A DNA stretch of 64,000 nucleotides from contig NC_043011.1 in NCBI RefSeq assembly GCF_006345805.1, positions 29,586,464 to 29,650,463 on the forward strand, read 5' to 3'. The position numbers were made by a program, and so were the translations under genes. The DNA comes from Octopus sinensis (taxonomy: Eukaryota). The notes under the pieces were generated by a model, which searched no databases, had not been told where the DNA came from, and saw only the letters and a program-made list of their open reading frames with translations. Shown here one piece after another: positions 37,530-51,532 of the stretch. Each line of letters opens with the position of its first letter. Position 1 is the stretch's first letter.

Positions 37530-38570
37530 GTACTGAGTAAGAGCACTAAGTAGTGATGTCTATACATACAACTTTGTTACCAGTTCAAATATGTGGGAGG
37601 CATATTGGAACCCATAAGAAAGCCATTCACTGTATTTTGTCATGGAAAGAATGTTTCACTGTAGACAGATAGGTGTAAAATCACCAAGTCAGTTCACAGC
37701 CTTCCCTAACAGGACAAAGAATGCATGCATTTTGGAGTGGTTATCTCCTCTTCAGCAACAGACACAGTAAGGCAGATGCTTCAAACTGACATGAGGGAGA
37801 GGTCTCTCTTATGATGTTCCTGTCATCGTACAATGAGTGATCATGCTAGTCAGCAGCTCATCATAAATAGAATACAGGGCACCAGCACTAAGTAGTGATG
37901 TGTATTGATACAGACGTGTTACAAGTTCAAATATGTTTGAGTCATATTCAAAAACATAAGAACACTGGTCATTAATTTTTGTTATGGAGAAAATTTCATG
38001 CTGTAGACAGAAATGATGTAAACCTGTGGTTCTCGAAGTGGGCTGTACTGCACCCTTGGGGGCAGTGGAGAGATCCAGGGGAGTGTTGAAGAAAAGTTGG
38101 GAGATAACGGGGTGGTCAAAAGAGGGCAATGGATGTAAAAAAAAACACCCCAAATAATGGGTTAAATTAGGTAAAATTTTATTTGTGAAATACATTTGTT
38201 TTGAATTTGCAGCAGAAAGAGGTCAATGTTTGTGGTGGTGAGTGGGTGGAAGCACTAGGAATGTGACCTAGGTGTCAAGGGGGTGGCACTCTGGAAAAGT
38301 TGGGAACCACTGCTGTAAACAAACCAAGTCAGTTTGCAGCATGCCCCCTAATCAGACTGTTAGATGCATGTGTCTGCCGTTGAAGAGGAGATAACCACTC
38401 TAAAGTACATGCATCCAGTAGTCTGGTTAAGGGGCGCTACAAACTGATTCAGTATGCTTACACTTACTGTCTGCAGAGAGAAATTTTCTCCATGACAAAA
38501 TACAGGGAATGGTTTTTTTTATAGGTTTGAATAGGCCTCAAGCATATTTGAACTGGTAACAAGTTTGCAT
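37530..38570. mobile_element. Decayed direct/inverted array of a ~200-250-bp unit with hammerhead remnants (PLE pseudo-LTR-like)
   Basis: 37572-37760 is inverted relative to 38375-38567; a direct copy starts ~37880; HHR remnants at 37715-37761 (-) and 38374-38421 (+). Confidence 0.65.
38024..38312. mobile_element. hAT (Charlie-like) MITE
   Basis: TIRs CTGTGGTTCTCGAA / TTGGGAACCACTG; 8-bp TSD ATGTAAAC / CTGTAAAC. Confidence 0.8.
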
Positions 38571-39409
38571 TCCACCTTATATATCAGGGTCTGCTTTGCT
38601 GTAATTACCTCACACTGTTTCATAAATATATAAATTCAATATTCCTAACTGATAGTTCTATAAGCAGCTATAACATAGATAGGAAAGGTATTCAACTGAT
38701 AAAATATAACTGCTTCAACAAAATGAATTTTTGATATTACTTTTTTTTTTGAAACATAAAAAAGAAAAATGAGAATTATGAGAATAAAAAATGTTATATC
38801 TCAGTATTTATCAAAATTGGAAAATGATGAATATGTAAAATCAAATAAAAGAAAATACTTAAAAAATTTAAAAACTCACAGAAAAATCATTAAACTAATA
38901 AGTGGTTTCCATTTAATGAAAAAAAATAACCAAAGATCAACTTATCTTTTTTTTCTTTTTCGCAGTTAATATTAGATTACTTCTAAACTAAAATTCATTA
39001 CTACATTCTGAGATATATATTAGGGTAAACATATCTGTTATGAGAACACATGAGTATTTGTAGGAAACAATATGAATATCACAGATGTTCAAACACTCAC
39101 ATACTAGCTCAATATCTTCTATTTGCCTCTCTTCGGAAACAATCGTTTCTTTTGCTTGTTATTTATTTTTCCTTTTGTGTCTTTCCAGTATTGTTAATGT
39201 GCTTTAGTGTTAACATAGCAAATATAGCGAATATGAGTTACAGGGTTCGTTTGTTTTATCTGAGCAGATGGGATTATATTGACTGTGAGTGAGGCAGTGT
39301 ATTTGAAGTTTTATAGTTCTTTAGTTCCCAATTAAATTATATGCCAGTATTTATCTAAAACCACAGCGTGCTGATCTTTTAATGAATTGAATATATACAT
39401 GTATATACT

Positions 39410-39830
39410 CTTTTACTCTTTTACCCCAGGACTTACTCTTTGTAAGCCTAGCACTTATTCTATCAGACTCTTTTGCCGAACTGCTAAGTTACGGGGACAT
39501 AAACACACCAGCATAGGTTGTCAAGTGATGTTGTGTGTGGGGGGGGGGACAAACACAGACGCACACCACACACACACATACATACATATATATATACATA
39601 TATACGAAGGGCTTCTTTCAGTTTCTGTCTGCCAAATCCACTCACAAGGCTTTGGTCGGCCCAAGGCTATAGTAGGAGACACTTGCCCAAGGTGCCATGC
39701 AGTATGATTGAACCCAGAACCATGTGGCTGGTAAGCAAGCTACTTACCACACAGTCACTCCTGTGGTGCTCCAGCATGGTCACAGTCAAATGACTGAAAC
39801 AAGTAAAAGAATGAGAGAATAAAAGAATAT
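39410..39830 (-). mobile_element. SINE A (minus) abutting an A tail in plus orientation
   Basis: A body to ~39765, then 'gtgctccagcatggtcacagtcaaatgactgaaacaagtaaaag'. Confidence 0.75.
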
Positions 39831-40865
39831 ATGATGATGATGATATGTGTGTGCATGTGGGTGTATGTACATAACTAAAAAGACACTAAATGAAATATGT
39901 GTGTATGTACAAGCGCAAACATTTTGAAAGAGAGAGAAAGAGAAGCGGGGGGAAGAAGAGAGAGAGAGGGAGAGAGAGAGAGATCGATAAGCAACATAGA
40001 GGAGACAAAAGAAACGAAGAGTGGGGAGGGTTGGAGGAAGAGGGGAATTTGCCATAAAAGTCATCAGAAAATGGGAATTTGCTATAAACTTCAAAATCAC
40101 ACTTTTTACTTAAATTTTATCTTTATCATTATTATTATTAATGTTGTTGTTGTTGTTGTTGTTATGTCTTACTTCTCAAAGCACTCGATCTCACTTGCTC
40201 TGTTAGAGTGGACAACATCCTGTTATCAAAATTCTCCTGGGGTCTCTTTATCCCCCTCCTCCTCCTCATCATCATCATCACCACCACCACCACCACCACC
40301 ACCACCACCATCACCATCATCATCATCATCATCATCATCACCACCACCACCACCACCACCACCATCATTTTTATTACTATTATTATTATTGTTGTTACTA
40401 TTATAATTTTGCAAATCAAAGCAAATTATGTCCTTAAACTGTTGTCGTATATAATATATTTCTAATGCCATCAGATGCTGTTAATGATAGAAACAGTGTG
40501 AGTTAGTGTTATGCTGTCAACTGCTGGACATTTTGGAATGTTTCAAATGGATTGCAACAGGAGAAATGCTTTAACGGATGAACATTAAAATAATTGCAAC
40601 ACCGTCATAGATGTGGGTGTGTGGTAAGAAGCTTGCTTCCCAACCACATGGTTCAGGGTTCAAGTCTCACTGTGTGGCACCTTGAGCAAGTGTCACCTAC
40701 TATAGCTCCAGCCTAAAACCTTGTGAGTGGCTTTGGTAAGCAGAAACTGAATTAAAACCTTCATATATATATATACACACGTGTGTGTGTGTGTGTGTTT
40801 TTGTTTCAAAAATTGATTATCACAACCATATATCTATATATACACGCACATACATGTATGTGTGT

Positions 40866-40957
<92 letters not shown>

Positions 40958-41453
40958 ATATGCCCCCTTTTTGTGTCTGACTGTGGTCACTGCCACATCG
41001 ATATTCTTCTCTGTGTTTGTGAAAGTTATGTATCTCTGCCGTAAGGCTTCATTTCCACACATGCCAGCTGAATTCAATTCGTCCCCGGTCGAAAGACACC
41101 TGTTGTTATTTCCTGTTATTATTATAATTATTATTATTATTATTTCATTGTATATTGTAATTATATTTGTGTGACATCGTCTGTTTTTCCGTCCTTGTTT
41201 TGGTATACATTCGATGCTTTCTTCCAAGGAATCTAATGCTCTTAGTTTAGTGTTTCCTTGGGGCTGGCCAGATTGGAGCAATCTCAAGATTAATCAGCCG
41301 AAATTGCGAGGATGATCCAGTTCTTGACTGAGGACAGAAAGCTTCGAATGACCCGTCCTTGTTTTTTTGTATCGTCTATCTGGATGTCTTGTTGTCCCTT
41401 TTTGTATCACCTAGTTGTCTGAAAGTTTTGCGTTCTTGTCCCATTTTGTATTT

Positions 41454-41484
<31 letters not shown>

Positions 41485-41495
41485 TATATATATAT

Positions 41496-41892
41496 AGGAG
41501 TGATTGTGTGGTAAGTAGCTTGTTTACGAACCACATGGTTCCTGGTTCAGTCCCACTGCATGGCACCTTGGGCAAGTGTCTTCTACTATAGCCTCTGGCC
41601 GACCAAAGCCTTGTGAGTGGATTTGGTAGACAGAAACTGAAAGAAGCCCGTCGTATATATGTATATATATATATGTGTGTGTGTGTATGTTTGTGTGTCT
41701 GTGTTTGTACCCCCAACTTCGCTTGACAACCGATGTTTGTGTGTTTGCATCCCTGTAACTTAGCAGTTCGGCAAAAGAGTCTGATAGAATAAGTACTAGG
41801 CTTACAAAGAATAAGTCCTGGGGTTGATTTGCTTGACTAAAGGCGATGCTCCAGCATGGCCACAGTCAAATGACTGAAACAAGTAAAAGAGT
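41496..41892 (+). mobile_element. SINE A, full length
   Basis: Head, internal (TA)/(TG) tract and tail. Confidence 0.85.
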
Positions 41893-41899
41893 GAATGAG

Positions 41900-41954
<55 letters not shown>

Positions 41955-42949
41955 CATGTGTGTGTATATATGTGTGTGTGTGTGTGAGTGTGTTTTGTGT
42001 CCCCTTGTCTTGACATCCCATGACAATTGTAAATGAGTGTCACTGTCATAGAAGCAGCATCATTCATTTCCCCTATTTTGTGAAAATACGTCTTGCCATG
42101 GAGAAATATTATTTTAGTTTGAAAAGAAATAGAGAGTTGGTAACAGAAAGGGCATCTGGCCCCAGAAAATCTGTCCCCAATAAAATCTGTCTGTTGCGAG
42201 CAAGCACAGGGAAGCAGACGATAATGATAATGATGATGATGATGATGATGATGATAACAATGATAAGGGTGATGACGATGATGATGGTGATGACGATGAT
42301 GCTGGTGATGACGATGATGATGGTGATGACGATGATGATGACTCGCATACACAAACACACGTTTGTATATAATTCATACAGAAGTTCACAGCAAGTCATC
42401 ATGTTATAAAAATACTTTCATTTAACAATAAGAAAACACCAAAAACACCAACAAAAAAGCATCTAGTTCAACCTAATATGGATAATTGGATATTAGAACA
42501 ATGAAGATACATGGTATGCACCACAGTGGAATCATTTCTCAATCATTTGCCTTGGTAATGGCCATCAGAAATGCTTAAACACGATAACTTTCCATTTCCT
42601 GTCTCCTAAATACATTAGACGTATTACTTATATGCAAGAAGTCTTTTATATGGTAATATTGTATAGAAGTTTTATTCTGTGATAGCAGTGGCTAAAATGT
42701 GGCTTGTGAGCTGCAAGTAGCTCTCCATAATATTTCTCCTAAAATACTATATCTCAGGAATACAGGAACGAAAGAAACCAAATATGTACTGGAAAATGAT
42801 TGTTAAATAATGATGATGATGATGATGATATATTCTTTCTTTTATTCTTTTATTCTTTTACTAGTTTCAGTCATTTGACTGTGGCCATACTGGAGCACAG
42901 CTTTTAGTCGAACACATCGACCCCAGGACTTACCATTTTTTGTAAGCCT

Positions 42950-43104
42950 AGTGTGTGGTAAGAAGCTTGCATCCCAACACATGGTTCCAGTTCAGTCCCA
43001 CTGTGTTCAGTCCCACTGCGAGGCACCTTGGGCAAGTGCCAACCAGAGCCTTGTGAATTGATTTGGTAGACAGAAACTGAAAGAAGCCTCTCGTATATAT
43101 GCAC

Positions 43105-43146
<42 letters not shown>

Positions 43147-43320
43147 TTGTTGTTTGTGTCTGTGTTTATCCCCCCACCATTGCTTGACAACGATGTTGAT
43201 GTGTTTATGTCCCTGCCACTTAGCAGTTTGGCAAAAAGAGACCAGTAGAATAAGTTGATTTATTCAACAAGAGGTGGTGCCCCAGCATGACTGCAGTCAT
43301 ATGACTAAAACAAGTAAAAG
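42950..43320 (+). mobile_element. SINE A with a duplicated B-box segment
   Basis: 'gttcagtcccactg' appears twice in tandem. Confidence 0.8.
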
Positions 43321-43332
43321 AATATACATATA

Positions 43333-43496
43333 CCGTATTTTAACATATGTAAGAAACCCTTTTTGTTTGTCAAAAATTAGGTTAAAAAATATGGGAGTTT
43401 CTTATACAATGATACTTTTATAATCCTTTACAAAACCTTTTTTCCAAATTTTAAGCCCCAGAAATTAGAGGGTTCCTTATACATGTTAAAATACAG
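43333..43496. mobile_element. Tc2/pogo-like MITE
   Basis: TA flanks; TIRs CCGTATTTTAACATATGTAAG / CTTATACATGTTAAAATACAG. Confidence 0.75.
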
Positions 43497-43658
43497 TATA
43501 TACGACAAGCTTCTTTCAGTTTCCATCTACCAAATGCACTCACAAGGCTTGGATCAGCCAGAGGCTACAGTAGAAGAAACTTGTCCAAGGTGCCTCACAG
43601 TGGGACCGAAACTGTAACCATGCGATTATGAAGCAAGCTTCTTACTGCATACCTACTC

Positions 43659-43719
<61 letters not shown>

Positions 43720-43794
43720 AGTGGGTGTGTGGTAAGAAGCTTGCTTCCTAATTGCATGGTTACAGGTTCGGTCCCACTATATATATACATATAT

Positions 43795-43956
<162 letters not shown>

Positions 43957-44148
43957 TTTTAGGCTGGTTATGCCATAATTTGCCTGAAGATCTTATGCTT
44001 TCATAGGTGAATTATTTCCTTTTGGGTTTTAAATTGCATCTGGCTACCTTTATTATTTTATATATATATATATATAGATATGTGTGTGTGTGTGTATGTG
44101 TTTGTGTGTACAAGGGCTCAATAGAAATGTGAAAATTATAAATATAGA

Positions 44149-45067
44149 TGGGCCGTGACTGCTGAGGATATGCGTAAGCTCGCAAGAAATGAAGCCAGTA
44201 TGCTCCGATGGATGTGTAATGTCAGTGTTCATACTCGACAGAGTGTAAGTACCTTGAGAGAAAAGCTGGACCTAAGAAGCATCAGATGTGGTGTGCAAGA
44301 GAGATGTTTGCGCTGGTATGGACATGTGGCGAGAATGGATGAAGATAGTTGTGTGAAAAAGTGCCACACCCTAGTGGTTGAGGGAACCTGTGGAAGAGGC
44401 AGACCCAGGAAAACCTGGGACGAGGTGGTGGTGAAGCATGACCTTGGAACTTTAGGTCTCACAGAGGAAATGACTAGAGACCGAGACCTCTGTAAGTATG
44501 CTGTGCGTGAGAAGACCCGGCAGGACAAGTGAGACCATAACCTGTGGCCTTCTACACGGGATGTAGCCAGTCCACTTATGCATACCTTCCCTTCTTGGGA
44601 CACAAAACTCTACTTGTGAAGACCTGTTGAGGCAAGTGAGAATCAGAATCGAAATCGATCAATGGAAATTGCAGCTGAGTTACCAGTGCCGGTGGGACGT
44701 AAGAGAACCATCCGAACGTGGCCGTTGCCAGCGCCGTCCCGACTGGCCTCATGCCGGTGGTACGTAAAAAGCACCATCCGTTCGTGGCCGTTACCAGCCT
44801 GGCCTGGCCCCCATACCGGTGGCACATAAAAATCCACCATCCGATCGTGGCCGTTGCCAGCTTTGTCTGGTCTCCATGCCGGTGGCACGTAAAAAGCACC
44901 CACTACACTTATGGAGTGGTTGGCGTTAGGAAGGGCATCCAGCCGTAGAAACATTGCCAGATCAAACTGGGCCTGGTGCAGCCTTCTGGCTTCCCAGACC
45001 CCAGCTGAACCGTTCAACCCATGCTAGCATGGAAAGCGGACGCTAAACGATGAGGATGATGATGATG
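44149..45067 (+). mobile_element. RTE LINE 3' end: ORF C-terminus, long 3' UTR and (GAT)n tail
   Basis: WAVTAEDMRKLARNEASMLRWMC...LRWYGHVARM...GRGRPRKTWDEVV...DRDL; stop at 44532. Confidence 0.85.
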
Positions 45068-45139
45068 TGTGTGTATGCACATATCTCTAAGTTTCCTTGA
45101 GCTTGCTTCTCCAGAATACTGTGTTTTAGGACAAATATA

Positions 45140-45150
45140 GATAGAGAGCA

Positions 45151-45184
<34 letters not shown>

Positions 45185-45186
45185 GC

Positions 45187-45241
<55 letters not shown>

Positions 45242-45248
45242 GATAGAT

Positions 45249-45310
<62 letters not shown>

Positions 45311-45395
45311 TAATAGAAAGATAGATAGATTGATAGATAGATAGATTGATAGATAGAGTGATAGATAGATTGATAGATAGATAATAGATAGATAG

Positions 45396-45467
<72 letters not shown>

Positions 45468-45575
45468 TAATAGAAAGATAGATAGATTGATAGATAGATA
45501 GATTGATAGATAGAGTGATAGATAGATTGATAGATAGATAAATAGATAGATAGAATGATTGATTGATAGATAGAA
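45140..45575. repeat. (GATA)n/(GACA)n array with a 157-bp higher-order duplication
   Basis: Variant block TAATAGAAAG...GAGTG recurs at 45311 and 45468. Confidence 0.9.
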
Positions 45576-46069
45576 AATCATTTTAAAAATATATATATGT
45601 CACAGCTGTTGGACATAAAAAAATCATATATGGCTCTTTTTATAAAACATCAACACCTCACCTGTTATATGGTATCATAAATATAATGGTATATTTTGGT
45701 ATAAATGATAATATTTTGGTATATTGTTTGCTGGAAGCCATATTTGTTCAGTGTTGTTTAAACTGATATTGCATGGTTCAGATTGGAAAGATATAATTTG
45801 AATGAGAATGTTGTTTAATATAGTATATCGTGTGTTGTACTTTAGGATACAGCATGTGTACTATGATGTGGAAATTAAACATGCTTAAGGATATGATTTA
45901 CTTTTAGTTTTCAGCACAAAAAAAAAAAGAAAAAAGAAACTACAAGATAAATAGTTAAATATATGAATATATAAAAAGATTGATTTTATTTTTCTTTCTC
46001 TTGTGAAGTTATATTATTTCTCATATTTTTTTTACATGAAAAATTGAAAAAAAAAAGAGAAAACAATAT

Positions 46070-46094
46070 TAACAAAAATAATAATAATAATAAT

Positions 46095-46141
<47 letters not shown>

Positions 46142-46220
46142 TGATAATAATAATGATAATGATAATGAAAATAATAATAATAATAATAATGATAACAATA
46201 ATAATAATAATGATAATGAA

Positions 46221-46291
<71 letters not shown>

Positions 46292-46292
46292 T
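46070..46292. repeat. (AAT)n microsatellite
   Basis: Read directly. Confidence 0.95.
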
Positions 46293-46630
46293 TGAATATC
46301 TATAACTAGCGACTCAAAATAAAAGGATTTTCATAAACATATCTTAATCAACAACAGAAACATTATTCACGCTGCTGAAATGAAACATATATTTTCAATA
46401 TGGTTGAAAATAATTGTGTTCAGAGGCTACGCAAATGAAGAAAACTATGGAAGAAATGAAAGGAAATAAAAACACACCATGTAAAAGTTTATCTAGTTTG
46501 TAAACATGAAAGGCCAGAAGGATAACAATGTGAAAAGTTTGTTACAAGATTGAAAATGCACAAATGAGTAGAAGCTCGATCCTGAAAAATTAAGGGTAAT
46601 CCTTCCCAACTTTCCTCACACTTCTCAGGC

Positions 46631-46744
<114 letters not shown>

Positions 46745-46806
46745 TATATATATATTCTATTTTATTATATCATATCATATCTATATATGACACATACACA
46801 TGCACC

Positions 46807-46854
<48 letters not shown>

Positions 46855-47430
46855 TAAGACATAGAAATGTGCTTTTGCAAGAGAAGGAACAAGAGAATGA
46901 AACTGATTGATTATTATTATTATTATTTTTTTGTTATGGGGGATAATATCTTCCATAATTGAATAAAGATATTCTTTAAATAGAATGGTATATTTCTACA
47001 GCAGTTTATTTTACTTATTTTTTTTGTTTCTCATTTTAAGTTTTGGCTTCTTTTTTTTTCCTTTTTTTTTTATTAAAGGGCAGCATGAAAAAAATAAGGT
47101 GAGAGGGGTTATACTGAACTATGTTACATTCTTTGGATAGAAATAGTTTAGACAATATACACTCGGGACCTATTTTCTTTTTAACATGTACTTGAAGTTT
47201 GCACTTTATTTAATTTTTTTTCTTTGCTATGATAAAATTCTTTAAAACCAATCATTTCATATAGCATTCCCATTCATTATCATCAAACTTATTTTCTTCT
47301 GTTACTAATTCTTTACCTCACACTATATCTTTTCCTTCGACTTTGTAATTTTCTATTTCTCTTTCTCTTCATATAGATTTCAGGATTTCTGTTTTACTTG
47401 CATTCCCCATCACTTCCATCGCCACATATT

Positions 47431-47560
47431 TATCTGCCCCGCCACCATCTCATATCTATCTGCCCCGCCACCATCTCATATCTATCTGCCCCGCCACCAT
47501 CTCATATCTATCTGCCCCGCCACCATCTCATATCTATCTGTCCCACCTCCATCTCATACT
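47431..47560. repeat. 26-bp minisatellite: 4 perfect units plus 1 degenerate
   Basis: TATCTGCCCCGCCACCATCTCATATC. Confidence 0.9.
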
Positions 47561-47884
47561 TATTAGTCCCTCCCACACCATCACATATTTACCTACTCAC
47601 CACACCACCACCATCACCACCACCACCACTACCACCTGTGAAAGCATGTGGCTTAGTGGTTAGAGTGTTGTTCGCATGATTGTAAGACCATGGTTTCAAT
47701 TCCTGGACAGGGTTGATACATAGTGTTTTTCAGCAAAACATTTCATTTCAAATTACTCCTGTCGTTTCAGCTGTAAATGAGTAACTCTGTGACAGATTGG
47801 AGTTCTGGTCAAAGGATGTGAACCAGGTCACATGTATATCATGGAAATCAGATAACCACCCTTATGTGACTTAGAACTCAAGAT

Positions 47885-48120
47885 AGTAATTTTATTTCTT
47901 TATTGCCCACAAGGGGCTAAACATAGAGGGGACAAACAAGGATGGACAAAGGGATTAAGTCGATTACATCAACCCCAGTGTGTAACTGGTACTTAATTTA
48001 TTGACCCCAAAAGGATGAAAGGCAAAGTCGTCCTCGGTGGAATTTGAACTCATAATGTAATGGCAGATGAAATACCATTAAGAATTTTGCCCGGCATGCT
48101 AATGTTTCTGCCAGCTTCCC
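47885..48120 (-). mobile_element. SINE B, long-tail subtype
   Basis: Reverse match to 60450-60678 including the 'tttgtcccctctatgtttagcccc' tail. Confidence 0.85.
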
Positions 48121-48315
48121 ACCTTTCACTTGAGATAGTAATGTCTAGGAGTTGACAATGATGACCACCACCACTTGTATGCCCAGGCACATAAAACCCT
48201 GAATCCAATGAGGTCATTGGCATGAAGTCAGTCACCTAATTCTCCAACACAACCTCTTACTCAAATACTGTTTACTCACCCTGCCTTCTCTACTGCTACT
48301 GATACAATGTCCTTC

Positions 48316-48528
48316 GTGGTGGCGAGCTGGCAGAAACATTAGCATGCCAGGTGAAATGCTTAGTGGTATTTTGTCTGTCTTTATGTTCTGAGTTCAAATT
48401 CCACCGAGATTGACTTTGCCTTTCATCCTTTTTTTTTGGGGGGGGGGATAAATTAAGTACCAGTTGCATATTGGGGTCGATCTAATCGACTGGCCCCTCC
48501 CCCAAAATGTGCCTTGAGTAGAAAAGAG
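48316..48528 (+). mobile_element. SINE B with 13-bp TSD
   Basis: TACAATGTCCTTC at 48303 and 48529. Confidence 0.85.
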
Positions 48529-49394
48529 TACAATGTCCTTCATGGCACAGAGTTAGCTTCTCTCATGCCTCCTCTACAAGGCCTAACTCTCTCACTTGTC
48601 TCCTTTGTCTCACCTGTTCTTGACACCCATGTCCCCTTACTCCTTTAAAACTCACACTAGCACCAATACTTAGCAGCATAACTAGAGTGTATACTGCCCA
48701 GAACAACCCTTGAGTTAGTCTGTGCTCTCCTCCTTGCTTCCTATACAGGCCTATTTAGCAAACCCCAAAATACTGTCCCCACAAAAGCACGTACAACCAG
48801 AATGGACCACCATCCCCATTCATCCCACTTTGCCTCACTACTCAGTACTCAATCCTTACTCCCACCAAAACTCACCCTACTGCAGTTCTTTTCCTGCTCA
48901 TATTTTAATGGCATTTGTCATCTTGCAGTTGTTCAAACATTTCAACTGCTTTGAAGACACCAGCCCAAATCATATTTTCTAAAAATATTTTTTAAGGCCC
49001 AGAGAACTTTCAAATACTGTGAGGAAATTTCAGTTGAAAAAGAAGAAATGTTTGATTTAAGATTTAGATTTAGAAACAAAAACTTGTAAATTAGTTTGCA
49101 TTTAGTCCAAAAAGGCATACGTACCTTAGAATGGGAACAGTAAAAATGTCTTACCTGGAAAAAGAAAAACAGAATTGTTAGGATAATTGTAAATATATTT
49201 TCATATCTTGGTTTCAAATTTTGGCACAAACCAGTAAGTTTAGGGGAGGGGGTAAGTCAATTACATCACCCCCACCCCCGTGATATATATTGAGATATTA
49301 GCAAAAATATTTACATGCATTCTTCTTTTTGACAGAGAACAAGTTAAGTCTGAGTAATGAAATTTTGACCCCATATCACAAACAATAAATGTTT

Positions 49395-49620
49395 ACTACT
49401 TTAGCATTCAGACTATTCTGTCAAATGTAATGTTTATTTATATACATTGCTTGGAATTAATTATACATTATCTTGTAGCTTTGAAATGTTGATCACGTAA
49501 CTATTTATTTTTAGAATGGCATTGTAGGTTAAGTATGAGAGGCAAGATATGGCCAGTTTGAACCTAAAACAGGTAGAATATTTTGGTCAGATATGGCCAG
49601 TTTAATTGCTAAAGGGTTAA
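49395..49620. mobile_element. piggyBac-like MITE, uninterrupted relative of 19860-20461
   Basis: 'ctttagcattcaga...cattatcttgtagc...gctaaagggTTAA'. Confidence 0.7.
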
Positions 49621-50805
49621 GTGAAGTTAATGATCTCAGATCAAAACACTTGCTCTTATGCAAGTATATCTCTGTAATATATATATTACCATGCAGTTCG
49701 TAAGCAAGCTACTTACTACACAGTCACTCCTACGCCTATATACATATATATATAATTAATAATAATAATAATTAAAAGGTGTTTTTTTTCTAATTTATAT
49801 ATATATATATATATATACTTACTTGGAAATGGATGCGTGGCATTCAATCAGATAATGATATAAATAATACATATATATATGCATGTATACATACATATAC
49901 ATACATGCATATATATGTATATACATATGCATAGAGGGGTACAGGAAGTCATAAAATGTAAACAACATGGAATACGAAAACATGGAATACAAGTTTTTTT
50001 GCGAACAACGAAAAAAACAAATGGAAAAAAAGATGAGTAACTTAAAGAACGACCCTTTATCAGTTGTCAGCTGTTTTATCTACTCCCCATTTCGAGCAAT
50101 TACGACAAGATGTGTCTTCAGGAAACAGTTTCTCCCGCAAAGCAAAATAAAATTTGGGATTTGTGGGTGGGGTCAAAGTTGGTAACAAAAACAAAGAATA
50201 AGGGCTGCTAAGCCATAATGAGGTGAGGTGGCGAACGCTGGAGGAACAAGCTTTAACAAGAGAAAAGATAGGAGAGAAGACAGACAAGATTGCGTGTGAT
50301 GTCTGGCAGATCAAAAGGAAAAAAAGAAGTTCAAGTTAGGAAAAGAAAGATGGCTGATAGTCAACGTTCGTGTTTATGTCCCTGTAATACAGCAGTTTGG
50401 CAAAAGAGACCAATAGAATAAGTACTAGGCTTACAAAGAATAAGTCCTAGGGTCGATTTGTTTGACTGCAGGCGGTGCTCAACCATGGCCGCAGTCAAAT
50501 AACTGAAACAAATAAAGGAATAAAAGAATGCATCTCAGTTTGGGATTTAAGAGGAATTTTCATGAAGTTTAGCCTTAGAAAATTGTGTCATGATAGTATT
50601 AGATGTATTTGTTGGCCATAGAAATATTAAGCTATGCTATCATTGTACCATTTTTAATTTTCTCATTATCGTGGTAGTCGTTGTGCCATCAAGAGAATTA
50701 TCAGTGGTTGGTTTTAAAATTAAATATTCAATATAAATCAATCTCAATGCTTCTTTGGAATTTTCAAATCCAAGATATCCGAACTCAGACTACATAATCT
50801 CTGCA

Positions 50806-50854
<49 letters not shown>

Positions 50855-51144
50855 GCATACATACATACATGCAAGCAGAAACATGTGTCAGCATACATGC
50901 AAGCACATACACGCATATGTAGAAGAACACTGACACATGCATGCAATGATACTCACACAAATTTACATGTGCACATACATGCAAACATGTGTATGTATGT
51001 ACACACACACACATACATATATATATGTATATATACACATACATTCACAAATTCACATACACACACACAGTAACAATAGAGATGAAGATGATGACGATGA
51101 CGATGATGACGATAACGACTATGATGATGACGACGATGAGGATA

Positions 51145-51180
<36 letters not shown>

Positions 51181-51532
51181 CTTCTGTTAGCACAAAGACA
51201 AAGAAAAAAAGGAAAAGACAGGCTACAGGGACTAGTTACAAAAACAAAAGTGTGCCAAGTGATGGCAGGGGGTGCAGGGACACACAGAAATCGGATTACT
51301 ATTATCTCTTATGATCATACTTAAAGGTGGTGGAATGGAATGGAGTAGTGGAGTAGTAGATTGACAGAATGGTAAGATGGAATTCCAGAGTAATTGCTAA
51401 ACTATATTCAATGATATTTTTCTGCATTCCGGATTCTAATCTTTTTGGAACCAAAACCAATCTTTGTGTTTCTGTGTCCTATGGACACCATAGGTTTTAG
51501 TGACTTATATGCGAAGGCTTAAATGTGAAGAT

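Noticed and set aside
41060-41105. CAGCTGAA...TTCGTCCCCGGTC-GAAA hammerhead-like fragment
   Set aside because: No complete CUGANGA and no valid NUH triplet; would need an assumed deletion
41255-41360. GGCTG...CAGCC-GAAA hairpin and a nearby CTGAGGA
   Set aside because: The core halves do not assemble with complementary stem I strands; possibly PLE-derived but unsupported
50035-50075. Minus-strand CTGATAAAGGG resembling an HHR 5' core
   Set aside because: G8 is changed and there is no matching stem II or GAAA
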